In this document: piece by piece, positions 1 through 9,653 of the stretch | How positions within the stretch are numbered: position 1 is the first letter of the stretch | Layout: each line of letters starts with the position of its first letter | NCBI GenBank assembly: GCA_048268245.1 | Contig: JBLWVX010000036.1 | Location: forward strand, 1-24,003 | Origin: Arcobacteraceae bacterium | GTDB lineage: Bacteria; Campylobacterota; Campylobacteria; Campylobacterales; Arcobacteraceae | DNA length: 24,003 nucleotides | Direction of reading: 5' to 3' | Notes under the pieces: generated by a model | Databases searched by the model: none | What the model was told of the DNA's origin: nothing | What the model saw: the letters and a program-made list of their open reading frames with translations, nothing else | Made by a program: the position numbers and the translations under genes

Positions 1-1776
1 GAATTAAAGAAAAGATATTTAAAAAATAGTAGAGAAAAAATATATGATGAAGTTAATAATGTAATTAAATATATTGAGTATGAATATAATGATACAGAAG
101 AGAAATTAAAACAGGATCTAAAAAATAGAGTAAATGAAGCTTATTTAATCATTAATGGTATTATAAAGAACAATGCACGTTTAACTAAAGATGAGCAAGT
201 TAAGCTGATTAAAAATGCTTTAAGAGATATTAGATTTAATGATGGTAGAGGTTACTACTATATTTATAGTATGAAAGGAGAATGTGTACTTCTTCCTATT
301 CAAAAACGTCTTGAAGGTAGCTCTTTTTTAGATATCAGAGATAAAAGAGGTAAGTACATTACTAGATCTATTATTGACTCTTTAAAAGATGGTAAAGAAG
401 AATTTATGACTTGGTGGTGGTATAAACCTGGAAATAGTAAAACACAATACAAAAAAATATCTTTTAATAAGTATATTGAAGAACTTGATATGTATGTAGG
501 GACTGGTGATTATATTGACGATTTTGAAAATGTAATTAAACAAAAAGTTTTAACATATCTTTCTTCTTTAGAGTATGAAGCTGGTAATTATGTATTTATA
601 TTAAATCATAATGGTAATGTATTACTTCATCCAAATGAAGAACTTAAAAAAAATAATATAAATAATTTAGATCAAAGGGATAAATATAATTTTAAATCAA
701 TTATAGAAATTGGTAAAAGAGGTGATGGGTATATCACATACTCTTCTGATTTTTTAGGTTTATATAATAAGAATATTTATAAAACTTCATATATAAAAGG
801 TCTTGATAAATGGAACTGGGTTGTAGGAAAAGGTTTTTATAAAAATGACTTGTATGAAACTATTTCACATAATCAAAATGTGCTTGAAAATGAAAATAAA
901 GAGCTTGCTCTTAAAATCATATTGATTAGTATTATTGTTACTTCTATTTTAGTTTTTATCATTTTATATAATGTAAAATATTTAAGAAGTAAATTTGATT
1001 CAATTAGTAAAAAAATAGAAGATGAAATAAAATTAAATCATGAAAAAGATAAATTACTATTTCAGCAATCAAAAATGGCTTCTTTAGGTGAAATGCTTCA
1101 AAATATAGCTCATCAATGGAGACAACCTTTATCTGTAATATCAACAGCTACAAGTGGTCTTAAACTTAAACATGATTATAATATTCTAGATGAAAATAGT
1201 ATTAATGATACAGTTAGTGTTATTATGAAATCTACTACATATCTTTCTAAAACTATTGATGATTTTAGAAACTTTTATAAAAATGAAAAAGAAGAAAAGA
1301 TTTTCAATATAAAAACCGCTGTTGAAGACAGTATTGATATTATTACTCTTAAATTAAAAAGTAAAAATATTCAATTGATTTTTGATTCTATAGATTATGA
1401 ATATAAAGCATTGAAAAATGAGTTGATTCAAGTAATAATAAATATTGTTAATAATGCTATTGATGCTTTTAAGAATCAAGATGAAAAGTTAGTATTAATT
1501 AATATTATAAAAGATGAAGAGTTAATTAATATAGCTATTAAAGATAATGCAGGTGGAATACCATCGGAAGTTATAGATAGAGTTTTTGAACCATATTTTA
1601 CAACTAAACATCAGGCTCAAGGTACAGGTATTGGTTTATTTATGAGTGAAGAGATTATTACAAAACATTTTAATGGTCAAATAAAAGTACACAATTGTAA
1701 ATTTGAGTATAAAAATAAAAACTACTTTGGTGCATGTTTTGAGATTAAATTACCCATAAAAAAAGGCCAGTTGTAA
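1..1776 (+). CDS. Sensor histidine kinase with tandem Cache-type periplasmic domains (5' end outside window)
   Basis: Frame 1 is open from base 1 (ELKKRYLKNS...) into the called ORF at 271, so the true start lies upstream. Two Cache-like repeats (GRGYYYIY...YVGTGDY; GNYVFIL...WVVGKGFY), a TM helix IILISIIVTSILVFIILY, H-box NIAHQWRQPL, N-box NIVNNAIDA, G1 DNAGGI, F-box FEPYFTTK, G2 GTGIGL. Confidence 0.93.
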   Translation, partial: ELKKRYLKNSREKIYDEVNNVIKYIEYEYNDTEEKLKQDLKNRVNEAYLIINGIIKNNARLTKDEQVKLIKNALRDIRFNDGRGYYYIYSMKGECVLLPIQKRLEGSSFLDIRDKRGKYITRSIIDSLKDGKEEFMTWWWYKPGNSKTQYKKISFNKYIEELDMYVGTGDYIDDFENVIKQKVLTYLSSLEYEAGNYVFILNHNGNVLLHPNEELKKNNINNLDQRDKYNFKSIIEIGKRGDGYITYSSDFLGLYNKNIYKTSYIKGLDKWNWVVGKGFYKNDLYETISHNQNVLENENKELALKIILISIIVTSILVFIILYNVKYLRSKFDSISKKIEDEIKLNHEKDKLLFQQSKMASLGEMLQNIAHQWRQPLSVISTATSGLKLKHDYNILDENSINDTVSVIMKSTTYLSKTIDDFRNFYKNEKEEKIFNIKTAVEDSIDIITLKLKSKNIQLIFDSIDYEYKALKNELIQVIINIVNNAIDAFKNQDEKLVLINIIKDEELINIAIKDNAGGIPSEVIDRVFEPYFTTKHQAQGTGIGLFMSEEIITKHFNGQIKVHNCKFEYKNKNYFGACFEIKLPIKKGQL

Positions 1777-1793
1777 AACAACTGACCTTTTTT
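1758..1793. terminator. Bidirectional intrinsic terminator between the convergent kinase and rpsU
   Basis: AAAAAAAGGCCAGTTGT-AAA-ACAACTGACCTTTTTT: stem flanked by A and T tracts. The C/A mismatch on + is a G-U pair on the minus (rpsU) transcript. Overlaps the kinase stop codon. Confidence 0.85.
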
Positions 1794-1811
1794 ATCGGAA
1801 AGAACGAATTC

Positions 1812-2024
1812 TTATAACCTAGATTCATATCTTCTAAGCATATATAATCTTTTAAGCATTTTCTTTCTAGCATTGATTTTTTGCTTTTTTCTGATCTCTG
1901 TCATTGGCTCAAAAAATCTTCTAGCTCTAGTTTCAGTAACAATAAGATTTCTATCACATTGTTTCTTAAACCTTCTGTACGCTTCGTCAAAAGATTCGCT
2001 CTCTTTTACTTTAATGCCTGGCAT
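1812..2024 (-). CDS. rpsU: 30S ribosomal protein S21
   Basis: 70 aa basic protein [22 protein letters not shown]...RRFFEP; SD AGGTG at 2033-2037 (minus). Confidence 0.97.
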   Translation of the reverse strand: MPGIKVKESESFDEAYRRFKKQCDRNLIVTETRARRFFEPMTEIRKKQKINARKKMLKRLYMLRRYESRL

Positions 2025-2061
2025 GTAAAGTTCACCTACTTTCTTTTTAATTTAGAAGTGC

Positions 2062-2112
2062 ATTATATTTAAAATATACTTAATTTCAATTTAACTAAAG
2101 TTTGTATATAAT
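2062..2112. promoter_or_regulatory. Divergent sigma70 -10 boxes for rpsU (minus, 2062-2067) and moaC (plus, 2107-2112)
   Basis: Perfect TATAAT on each strand, suitably placed upstream of each gene. The AT-rich background lowers specificity. Confidence 0.5.
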
Positions 2113-2139
2113 AAATATACTAAGAAAAAAGGTACTATT

Positions 2140-2619
2140 TTGAATTTAACACACTTAGATGATAATAATAGACCAAAAATGGTCGATGTTTCAGATAAAA
2201 ATGAAACTACAAGAATAGCTGTTGCTTCAGGTGAGATTTCTATGAGCCAAGAAGCATATGATGCTATTATGGAAAACAGTACAAAAAAAGGTCCTGTTAT
2301 TCAAACAGCTGTAATTGCAGCTATTATGGGTGTAAAGAAAACTAGTGATTTAATCCCTATGTGTCATCCACTTCTTTTAAGTGGTATTAATTGTGATGTA
2401 ACAGAATTATCTGAGCTACCTGGATTTAAACTTATTGTAACTGCAAAGTTAAATGGTCAAACTGGAGTTGAAATGGAAGCTTTAACAGGTGTTAGTATAG
2501 GATTACTTACAATATATGATATGGTTAAAGCAATTGATAAATCAATGGTTATCTCAAAAGTACAATTAGAAGAAAAGTCTGGTGGTAAGAGTGGTGACTT
2601 TTCGAGAAATGATAAATAG
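2140..2619 (+). CDS. moaC: Cyclic pyranopterin monophosphate synthase MoaC
   Basis: LTHLD...[45 protein letters not shown] start with AAGG SD. Confidence 0.97.
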   Translation: MNLTHLDDNNRPKMVDVSDKNETTRIAVASGEISMSQEAYDAIMENSTKKGPVIQTAVIAAIMGVKKTSDLIPMCHPLLLSGINCDVTELSELPGFKLIVTAKLNGQTGVEMEALTGVSIGLLTIYDMVKAIDKSMVISKVQLEEKSGGKSGDFSRNDK

Positions 2620-2635
2620 GTATAAAGGAGTTTAA

Positions 2636-2899
2636 ATGATTGATTTAAATAAAGAAAAACTAAAATTAGATTATCCTTGTAACTGGAAATACAAAATAGT
2701 TGTATTAGAAACTATCAGTATAAAAAAAGTAGTAACTGAAGTAGTTTCTCAAAGAGAACACAGTGTAAAAGAATCAAATATAAGTAAGAAAGGTAAATTC
2801 AAAAGTTATACTTTAGAATTGCTAGTTCACAGCGATGATGATAGAAAAGGTTTATATGAAAACCTTGGAAATCACTCTGATATAAAAATGGTTTTATAG
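2636..2899 (+). CDS. DUF493 (YbeD/HP0495) family protein
   Basis: 87 aa with LDYPCNWKYKIV, SKKGKFKS and C-terminal IKMVL pattern; AAGGAG SD; follows moaC. Confidence 0.85.
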   Translation: MIDLNKEKLKLDYPCNWKYKIVVLETISIKKVVTEVVSQREHSVKESNISKKGKFKSYTLELLVHSDDDRKGLYENLGNHSDIKMVL

Positions 2900-2902
2900 A
2901 AT

Positions 2903-3673
2903 ATGAATAGAAGAGACTTTCTAAATATTTCAAAAGCTGGAATAGTTACTTCTGCATTTTTAGGTAAGGATATACTGGCTTATGAACCTCCTGAGATAAG
3001 ATCAACATATTTTTACATTGAGCAAAAAAATGAAAATGACTTTCACGAGATAAGAAGAAAATTAAGTCTTATCCAAAGACATGTAGGATATGGGAATTTT
3101 AATATTTTAGGATTCGATGAAGCTTTAAAAATAGCCAAGAGAGTCTCTTCAATAGGAGAATTTAATAAGTCACAATTAGAATTCCTAGAGTTTATGTTTT
3201 ACTATAATCCTTCTTCACATGGTTTTTATGGAAAAAGAATTACAAATGGTATAACTGATGAAATAAATAAAAAAGAGATTGTAAAAGTTCCTAAAACAGG
3301 TCATTATCTTTTTAAAGGTAAACCTTTAGAAACTTATAATGACATGGTTAAAGATATAGGGAACACTCTTACATTAACTTCTGGTATTAGAAGTGTTATG
3401 AAACAAACAAAACTATTCTTTGACAAAATAGCTTCTGTAAATGGCAATATTACAATTGCTGCTATTTCTTTAGCTCCTCCTGCTTATACTTATCATTCTG
3501 TTGGGGATTTTGATGTGGGTAAAAAAGGGTTTGGTTATGCAAACTTTACATCAAGATTTGCACTTACTGATGAATTTAAAAAAATTAGAACATTAGAATA
3601 TGTTGAAGTTAGATATACAATTAATAATAAGGATGGTGTAAGATATGAACCTTGGCATATTACGACTGTTTAA
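2903..3673 (+). CDS. M15 (VanY-like) zinc D-Ala-D-Ala carboxypeptidase with Tat signal
   Basis: N-terminal NRRDFL twin-arginine motif; TSGIRS, APPAYTYHSVGDFD and YEPWH zinc-peptidase motifs. Confidence 0.82.
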   Translation: MNRRDFLNISKAGIVTSAFLGKDILAYEPPEIRSTYFYIEQKNENDFHEIRRKLSLIQRHVGYGNFNILGFDEALKIAKRVSSIGEFNKSQLEFLEFMFYYNPSSHGFYGKRITNGITDEINKKEIVKVPKTGHYLFKGKPLETYNDMVKDIGNTLTLTSGIRSVMKQTKLFFDKIASVNGNITIAAISLAPPAYTYHSVGDFDVGKKGFGYANFTSRFALTDEFKKIRTLEYVEVRYTINNKDGVRYEPWHITTV

Positions 3674-4961
3674 AATCTCAATAATATTTTTATTAATTCA
3701 AAATTTATATGCACAAGTACAAACTTATGATTTCGATTTTATTAAAAAAGGTGAGCAAGATGAGAATACACTTCTTTTAATTGGAGGTATTCAAGGTGAT
3801 GAACCTGGTGCTTTTATGGCTGCATCTTTAATCGCAACTCATTATGATATTAAAAAAGGTTCTGTTTGGGTTATTCCAAATCTTAACTTTTATTCTATTA
3901 TTAAAAGGTCAAGAGGTCCTTATGGAGACATGAATAGAAAGTTTGCTGATCTTTCTGCTAGTGATCCTGACTATGAAACAATACAGCGTATAAAAAAGTA
4001 TATTAAAGCTCCTGAAGTCAACTTAATACTTAATTTACATGATGGAAGTGGTTACTATAGAAAAAACTATATTAATAACCTTTACTCACCTAAAAGATGG
4101 GGACAATCTTCCATCATAGATCAAGCAAAACTTGATATTCCTAAGTATGGTAACCTTGAAGAGATTTCAACAAAAGTTGTAAATAGTATAAATGAAAAAT
4201 TATTAAGACCAAAAGATGTTTATGGTGTAAAAAATACAAAAACAAGACTTGGTGACAAAGAGATGGAAAAAACTCTTACTTACTTTGCAATAAACAATAA
4301 AAAGGCTGCTTTTGCAAATGAAGCTAGTAAGGATTTACCATTACATGAAAGAGTTTATTATCATTTATTAGCTATAGAAGCATATATGGATATTATGGGA
4401 ATAGAATTTGAAAGAAAATTTGAAGTTTCTACTGCTTCTATTAAAAATGTAATTGACCATGATATTTATATTTCTTTTTATGACGAGCAAATTAAACTTC
4501 CACTTAGTAAGGTTAGAAGTATTTTAAAATATTTCCCAATTAATAAAGATGGTGTTTTAGAGTTTACTCCTTCAAATCCTTTAATGACTATAGTTAAACA
4601 AGGTAAAGAGTATGTTATTCACTATGGAAATAGAAAGTTAGCTAAACTTCATCCTGATTATATTAAAGTTATAAAAGATGATAGAGATATTAATTTCACG
4701 ATTGATGGACAAAAGAAAAGTGTAAAACTTGGTGATATAGTTTATGCACAAGAAAACTTTTTAATTGAGCCAATTGATGATTTAAGAGTTAATATTATTG
4801 GTTATGTAAATAAAGATTTAAAAAGTGAAGTTGGTGTAATGGTAAATAAAAATGAAATCCAAAAAAGATTTTCTGTTGATAAAGACGGAGATTTATTTAG
4901 AGTTGAGTTTTATAAAAAAGATAAGTTTATAGGTATGGTTCTTTTAGGATTTGAAAAATAG
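3645..4961 (+). CDS. M99 family peptidoglycan DL-carboxypeptidase (Csd4/Pgp1-like)
   Basis: Signal peptide; GGIQGDEPG (Gln zinc ligand typical of Csd4/Pgp1), DMNRKF, LNLHDGSG, WGQS, AFANEASK. Overlaps the upstream gene by 29 nt. Confidence 0.88.
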   Translation: MNLGILRLFKISIIFLLIQNLYAQVQTYDFDFIKKGEQDENTLLLIGGIQGDEPGAFMAASLIATHYDIKKGSVWVIPNLNFYSIIKRSRGPYGDMNRKFADLSASDPDYETIQRIKKYIKAPEVNLILNLHDGSGYYRKNYINNLYSPKRWGQSSIIDQAKLDIPKYGNLEEISTKVVNSINEKLLRPKDVYGVKNTKTRLGDKEMEKTLTYFAINNKKAAFANEASKDLPLHERVYYHLLAIEAYMDIMGIEFERKFEVSTASIKNVIDHDIYISFYDEQIKLPLSKVRSILKYFPINKDGVLEFTPSNPLMTIVKQGKEYVIHYGNRKLAKLHPDYIKVIKDDRDINFTIDGQKKSVKLGDIVYAQENFLIEPIDDLRVNIIGYVNKDLKSEVGVMVNKNEIQKRFSVDKDGDLFRVEFYKKDKFIGMVLLGFEK

Positions 4962-4980
4962 AGTTTTAAACTCTATTTTT
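4954..4980. terminator. Bidirectional intrinsic terminator
   Basis: Perfect inverted repeat AAAAATAGAGTT-TTA-AACTCTATTTTT between convergent genes. Confidence 0.8.
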
Positions 4981-4982
4981 GA

Positions 4983-5246
4983 TTAGTCAAAAGATACAAG
5001 TTCTTTTTTGAAAAGTTCTTGATTTAACTTTTTACAAGCAGTTTTATAAAGCTTTTCAACTCTTTCTTCATCATCTTTAACAATTTGTACTACTTCTTCT
5101 AAAGATTTACCTTCTTCAAAAGCTACAAAAGTTTTATACTCTTTTTTTGTGAATTTTCTTTTTAATACATCTTTGATTTCATCTTCAGGTCTTAATACAC
5201 CTACTAGTTTATCAATATGTTTAAAAACAGCTTCTGTATAGTTCAT
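4983..5246 (-). CDS. Hypothetical protein, possible stand-alone sigma70 region 4/LuxR-like HTH
   Basis: 87 aa ORF with AAGGA SD, 10 nt after the surE stop; pattern FTKKEYKTF..EGKSLEEV...RVEKLYKTACKKL. Confidence 0.7.
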   Translation of the reverse strand: MNYTEAVFKHIDKLVGVLRPEDEIKDVLKRKFTKKEYKTFVAFEEGKSLEEVVQIVKDDEERVEKLYKTACKKLNQELFKKELVSFD

Positions 5247-5256
5247 TTTTTTCCTT

Positions 5257-6051
5257 TTAATTATTTATCCAATTTTCTAGAGACCTGATATCTTTATATG
5301 ATGTAAGATCAAGCATTATTGGAGTTATAGAAACATAGTTTGCTTTAATTGCTTCAAAATCACAAGACTTATCAGAGCTTTCTTGCCAGATTAAAGGGTG
5401 TAATCCAATCCAGTAATACTCTTCACCTCTTGGGTTTAGATGTCTATGCGTATCATTACCATATTCTCTATATCCAGCTTTTGTGATTTTAATACCCTCA
5501 CACTCATTAGGTTTAATAGGTGGGATATTAACATTTAATAGCTTTCTTTCATCTAATGGGAACTCATTATTAAGTATTTTTGATGCTAATTTAGTAATAG
5601 TTTCTTTTGCTAAAGCAAAATCCCAACCATCTTTTATATCAAGGCATTTATTTCTACATACTTGTGAAATAGCAATTGCTGGAACACCTTGAAGAACAGC
5701 TTCCATCGCACCTGCTGCTGTTCCACTATATGTAATATCTTCTCCCATATTTGCACCAATATTAATACCACTTATTACTAAATCAGGCTTAAACTCTTCA
5801 GTAAAAAGATTGTTTAGTGATATAAAAACACAATCAGTAGGTGTTCCATCATCAACCCTATAATAGTCATCATCAACTTTGTCAAGTTTTAGAGGTCTAT
5901 CTAACGTTAAAGAGTGTCCACATGCTGATTTGTTTTTAGCAGGAGCAACTACAGTTAGTTTTGCAATTGGGCTTAAAGCTTCGATTAAAGCTTTTAAACC
6001 AATAGCATCAAAACCATCGTCATTTGTAAGTAAAATATGTTTTTGCATCAT
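5257..6051 (-). CDS. surE: 5'/3'-nucleotidase SurE
   Basis: ILLTNDDG, VVAP, GTPTDCV, SGINIGANMG, YSGTAAGAMEA; start overlaps the dnaE stop (ATGATG). Confidence 0.97.
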   Translation of the reverse strand: MMQKHILLTNDDGFDAIGLKALIEALSPIAKLTVVAPAKNKSACGHSLTLDRPLKLDKVDDDYYRVDDGTPTDCVFISLNNLFTEEFKPDLVISGINIGANMGEDITYSGTAAGAMEAVLQGVPAIAISQVCRNKCLDIKDGWDFALAKETITKLASKILNNEFPLDERKLLNVNIPPIKPNECEGIKITKAGYREYGNDTHRHLNPRGEEYYWIGLHPLIWQESSDKSCDFEAIKANYVSITPIMLDLTSYKDIRSLENWINN

Positions 6052-9000
6052 GCTACTACATAAGCTCCTTCTATTTGTTTAATTAGGTTTTCTACATTTG
6101 AAGTTACTTTAAAACCTGTTTCAAGCTCAATATCTGCTAATTTTGATTTTACAAGTACTTTAAACTCTCTTCTTCCTTGATTATTTGCAATAATATCAAA
6201 AAGTTTATACATCACATCATCTTTATCATCAAAGGGAATAGCAACAGTTAGAGGTGGTTCTACTTTTTCTACTTGTTTTGTTTTTACTTTCTCCTTTTTT
6301 GCATCTAATAAACTCTCAATTTTAAGAATGTTCATTCTAGTAAAGTTTTCATCTTTTGTGATTCTTACTTTAAATGCAATAGGTTCAGATTCACTTGGAT
6401 TTCTTAAATCAATCCCAAAATTCTCTTCAAGCTCTTTTAGTCTGTTTTCAAACATCATAAGTTCAATATTTCCGTGTAAGTCCATGATTGAAGCAATACC
6501 AAACTTATTACCTTTTTTAGAAATTTTTTCAGTAATATTCTCTATTTTACCTACAAATAAAGCTTGAGAACCATCAGCAATTTCGTCAATTTCTGATGAT
6601 AAAGTATATTTGATTTGATCTAACTGTTCTCTGTAATCATCAAGTGGGTGACCAGATACATAAAAACCTAAAGAAGCTTTTTCAAGTTCAAGAAGTTCTT
6701 TATTATCAAATTCTGGTAATTCTTCAAGTTCTATTTCAATAGAAGTTAACTCTTCACTATCTCCAAATAGTGAACCAACAGCCATTTTTTTGGCTTTTGC
6801 CACATTACCAACTGCTTCACCAATTTGCTCGATTTGCTCTAACATCGCTCTTCTTGTATAGTGGAAGCCATCTAAAGCACCTGCTTTAATAAGTGCTTCA
6901 ATTACTCTTTTATTTACTTTACTTCCATCAATTCTTGAAATAAAGTCAGATAAGCTTGTAAATTCTCCACCTTCTTTTCTAACTCTCAAAATTGAGTTAA
7001 TGGCAATATCTCCAGCACCTTTAATGGCACCCATACCAAACATAACAACTTCTTCCCCATCAATTTTCTTAGCAGAGAATACAAGGTCAGATTTATTTAT
7101 ATCAGGTGGGAATAAATCAAGTCCTAATCTTTTTACTTCATCCACATACTTAACAACTTTGTCTGTATTATCTTTTTCAAGAGTAAGTAGGGCTGCCATA
7201 AATTCAGATGGATAATAACATTTAAGATATGAAGTATAGAATGTTACAAGGGCATAGGCTGCTGAGTGAGATTTATTAAATCCATATCCTGCAAACTTTA
7301 CAATTAAGTCGAATAGCTCTTCTGTATACGCTCTTGTATAACCTTTTTCTTGGGCACCATCGGCAAACTCTGTTTTAAGTTTGTCCATTTCTTCTTTAAT
7401 CTTTTTACCCATTGCCCGTCTAACTAAGTCTGCGCCACCAAGTGAGAAGCCACCAATACTTTGTACAATTTGCATAACTTGCTCTTGATATACAATAACT
7501 CCGTATGTCGTTTCTAATATTGGTTTAAGTGCTGGTTCTAGTTCATCATAGAAGTAGTCAATCTTTGCTCGACCATGCTTTCTATCAATAAAATCATCAA
7601 GCATTCCTGACTCCATTGGACCTGGTCTGTATAGTGCAAGAACGGCAATAATATCTTCAAAGTTTGATGGAGCTAGTCTTTTACATAAGTCTTGCATACC
7701 ATCTGATTCTATTTGGAATAATCCAATTGTATTACCTGTTTGTATTAGGTCATAAACACCTTTGTCATTAACATCTGTTGTTAAGAAATCAACTCTTTTC
7801 CCATGTCTTTTCTCAATTAGTTTATTCGCTTCTTCAATTACAGTTAGGGTCTTAAGACCTAGGAAGTCAAATTTAATTAAGTCAACATCTTCTACATACT
7901 TACCATTATATTGAGTGGCAAGAGTATCAAGACCTGAGGGTTTAAATAAAGGAGTTTTTTTCCATAAAGGTTCATTTGAGATAACAACACCTGCGGCGTG
8001 TGTACCTGCATTTCTATTTAGACCTTCTAAGGCTAGGGCAAATTCCCAAACTCTTTTTGATAATGGGTCTGAATCACAAAGTTCTTTGATTTTTGGTTCT
8101 TTTTCCCATGAGTCAGTAAGGTTAATACCAAGTTCATCTGGAATAAGTTTTGCCATAGCATCAGCTTTTGCATAAGGCATATCAAGAACTCTGGCAACAT
8201 CTCTAATAACCCCTTTTGCAAGAAGTTTACCAAAAGTAATAATCTGAGCAACATTGGCACGACCATATTGTTGTACAACATAATCAATAATTTCACCCCT
8301 TCTACTTTGACAAAAGTCCATATCAATATCGGGCATTGATACCCTCTCTGGATTTAGGAATCTCTCAAAAAGTAAACCATAAGGCATAGGGTCTATATCG
8401 GTAATAAATAAACAATAAGCTACAAGTGAACCAGCAGCAGAACCCCTTCCTGGACCTACTGGAATTCCCATTTGTTTGGCAACAATAACGAAGTCCCATA
8501 CAATAAGCATATATCCTGGGAATTTCATATTGTTAATAATGTCAATTTCTACTTGAAGTCTATCTCTGTACTCTTCATGTTTTTCAGCAGGAACTATTTC
8601 AAGTCTTTTTTCTAAACCTTTCCAACACTCATGAATAAATAGTTTTTTATCATTTTCAAGTGAGTATTCTTCATCAGGAAATGGGATCTCTACATTTTGC
8701 TCTTCTAATTTATTTCTTGTAAATTTAAAGTTTGGAGGTGTAGGATTACCTAGTTTTATTTCTAAATTACACTTATCAGCTATTTCCTGAGTTGCCTCAA
8801 TTGCTTCTGGAATATCAGCATATAGTTTTGCTATTTGCTCTGGTGATTTTAAATAAAACTCATGAACAGAGTGTCTTAACCTATTTGGGTCATCATAAAG
8901 TTTATTCATTGCAATACACATAAAGGCTTCATGTGCATCAGCATCTTTTGGATTTAAGTAGTGTGTATCATTTGTAGCAACTACTTTTATTCCTGTTTCA

Positions 9001-9614
9001 TGGGCAATTCTTAGAATTTGGTCATCAACATAGTGTTGGTCACCAATTCCATGTCTCATGATTTCTAAATAGAAATCATCTCCAAAAATATCTCTGTATT
9101 CTAAAGCAATCTCTTTTGCTCTTTCATACCCCTTTGCTCCATTTCTTACATTTCTTTCGTTTTGTAAGTTTAGGTGCCAGTTTATTTCACCTTGTAGACA
9201 AGCAGCAGAACAGACTAAACCTTCACTATTTTCTCTTAAAAGCTTTTTATTGATTCTTGGATAGTAGTAAAAACCATGCATATAAGCTTGTGAACTTAAA
9301 TACATTAGGTTTTTATATCCTGTATCATTTTTTGCATATAAACATAAGTGGTATCTTTGTCTATTTGTTTTATCTCCTAACTCTTCTGAGTTATGAATAT
9401 AAGCTTCCATTCCAATGATAGGTTTTATTCCCTCATTTCTCATGGCATTGTAAAAGTCAATTGCTCCAAACATATTACCATGGTCAGTCATAGCAACAGA
9501 TGTCATCCCAAGTTCTTTAACTTTTTTAGCCAGTGGTTTAATTTTGTTTGCACCATCAAGTAGTGAATATTCTGTATGTAAATGTAAATGTGTAAATTGT
9601 GGTGTATCAGACAT
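6048..9614 (-). CDS. dnaE: DNA polymerase III subunit alpha
   Basis: PHP domain HLHLHTEYSLLDG/TDHGN, GPGRGSAAGS, FERFLNPERVSMPDIDMDF, KFDFLGL, YGFNKSH; 1188 aa. Confidence 0.99.
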   Translation of the reverse strand: MSDTPQFTHLHLHTEYSLLDGANKIKPLAKKVKELGMTSVAMTDHGNMFGAIDFYNAMRNEGIKPIIGMEAYIHNSEELGDKTNRQRYHLCLYAKNDTGYKNLMYLSSQAYMHGFYYYPRINKKLLRENSEGLVCSAACLQGEINWHLNLQNERNVRNGAKGYERAKEIALEYRDIFGDDFYLEIMRHGIGDQHYVDDQILRIAHETGIKVVATNDTHYLNPKDADAHEAFMCIAMNKLYDDPNRLRHSVHEFYLKSPEQIAKLYADIPEAIEATQEIADKCNLEIKLGNPTPPNFKFTRNKLEEQNVEIPFPDEEYSLENDKKLFIHECWKGLEKRLEIVPAEKHEEYRDRLQVEIDIINNMKFPGYMLIVWDFVIVAKQMGIPVGPGRGSAAGSLVAYCLFITDIDPMPYGLLFERFLNPERVSMPDIDMDFCQSRRGEIIDYVVQQYGRANVAQIITFGKLLAKGVIRDVARVLDMPYAKADAMAKLIPDELGINLTDSWEKEPKIKELCDSDPLSKRVWEFALALEGLNRNAGTHAAGVVISNEPLWKKTPLFKPSGLDTLATQYNGKYVEDVDLIKFDFLGLKTLTVIEEANKLIEKRHGKRVDFLTTDVNDKGVYDLIQTGNTIGLFQIESDGMQDLCKRLAPSNFEDIIAVLALYRPGPMESGMLDDFIDRKHGRAKIDYFYDELEPALKPILETTYGVIVYQEQVMQIVQSIGGFSLGGADLVRRAMGKKIKEEMDKLKTEFADGAQEKGYTRAYTEELFDLIVKFAGYGFNKSHSAAYALVTFYTSYLKCYYPSEFMAALLTLEKDNTDKVVKYVDEVKRLGLDLFPPDINKSDLVFSAKKIDGEEVVMFGMGAIKGAGDIAINSILRVRKEGGEFTSLSDFISRIDGSKVNKRVIEALIKAGALDGFHYTRRAMLEQIEQIGEAVGNVAKAKKMAVGSLFGDSEELTSIEIELEELPEFDNKELLELEKASLGFYVSGHPLDDYREQLDQIKYTLSSEIDEIADGSQALFVGKIENITEKISKKGNKFGIASIMDLHGNIELMMFENRLKELEENFGIDLRNPSESEPIAFKVRITKDENFTRMNILKIESLLDAKKEKVKTKQVEKVEPPLTVAIPFDDKDDVMYKLFDIIANNQGRREFKVLVKSKLADIELETGFKVTSNVENLIKQIEGAYVVA

Positions 9615-9653
9615 AATATAATCTTTTTAAAATAATTTTTGTTTTTTAATAGT

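Noticed and set aside
1881..2072. 63-aa plus-strand ORF
   Set aside because: Antisense shadow of rpsU; no recognisable motif.
2903..3673. Vancomycin-resistance gene vanY
   Set aside because: Family-level similarity only; Gram-negative host context and no van cluster.
5483..8326. Six short ORFs (5483, 5879, 6328, 7000, 7915 on plus; 8033-8326 on minus)
   Set aside because: They lie within surE/dnaE, antisense or out of frame, with shadow-type composition.
6048..9614. Possible intein or split in dnaE
   Set aside because: Normal length, continuous polymerase motifs, no splicing or homing-endonuclease motifs seen.
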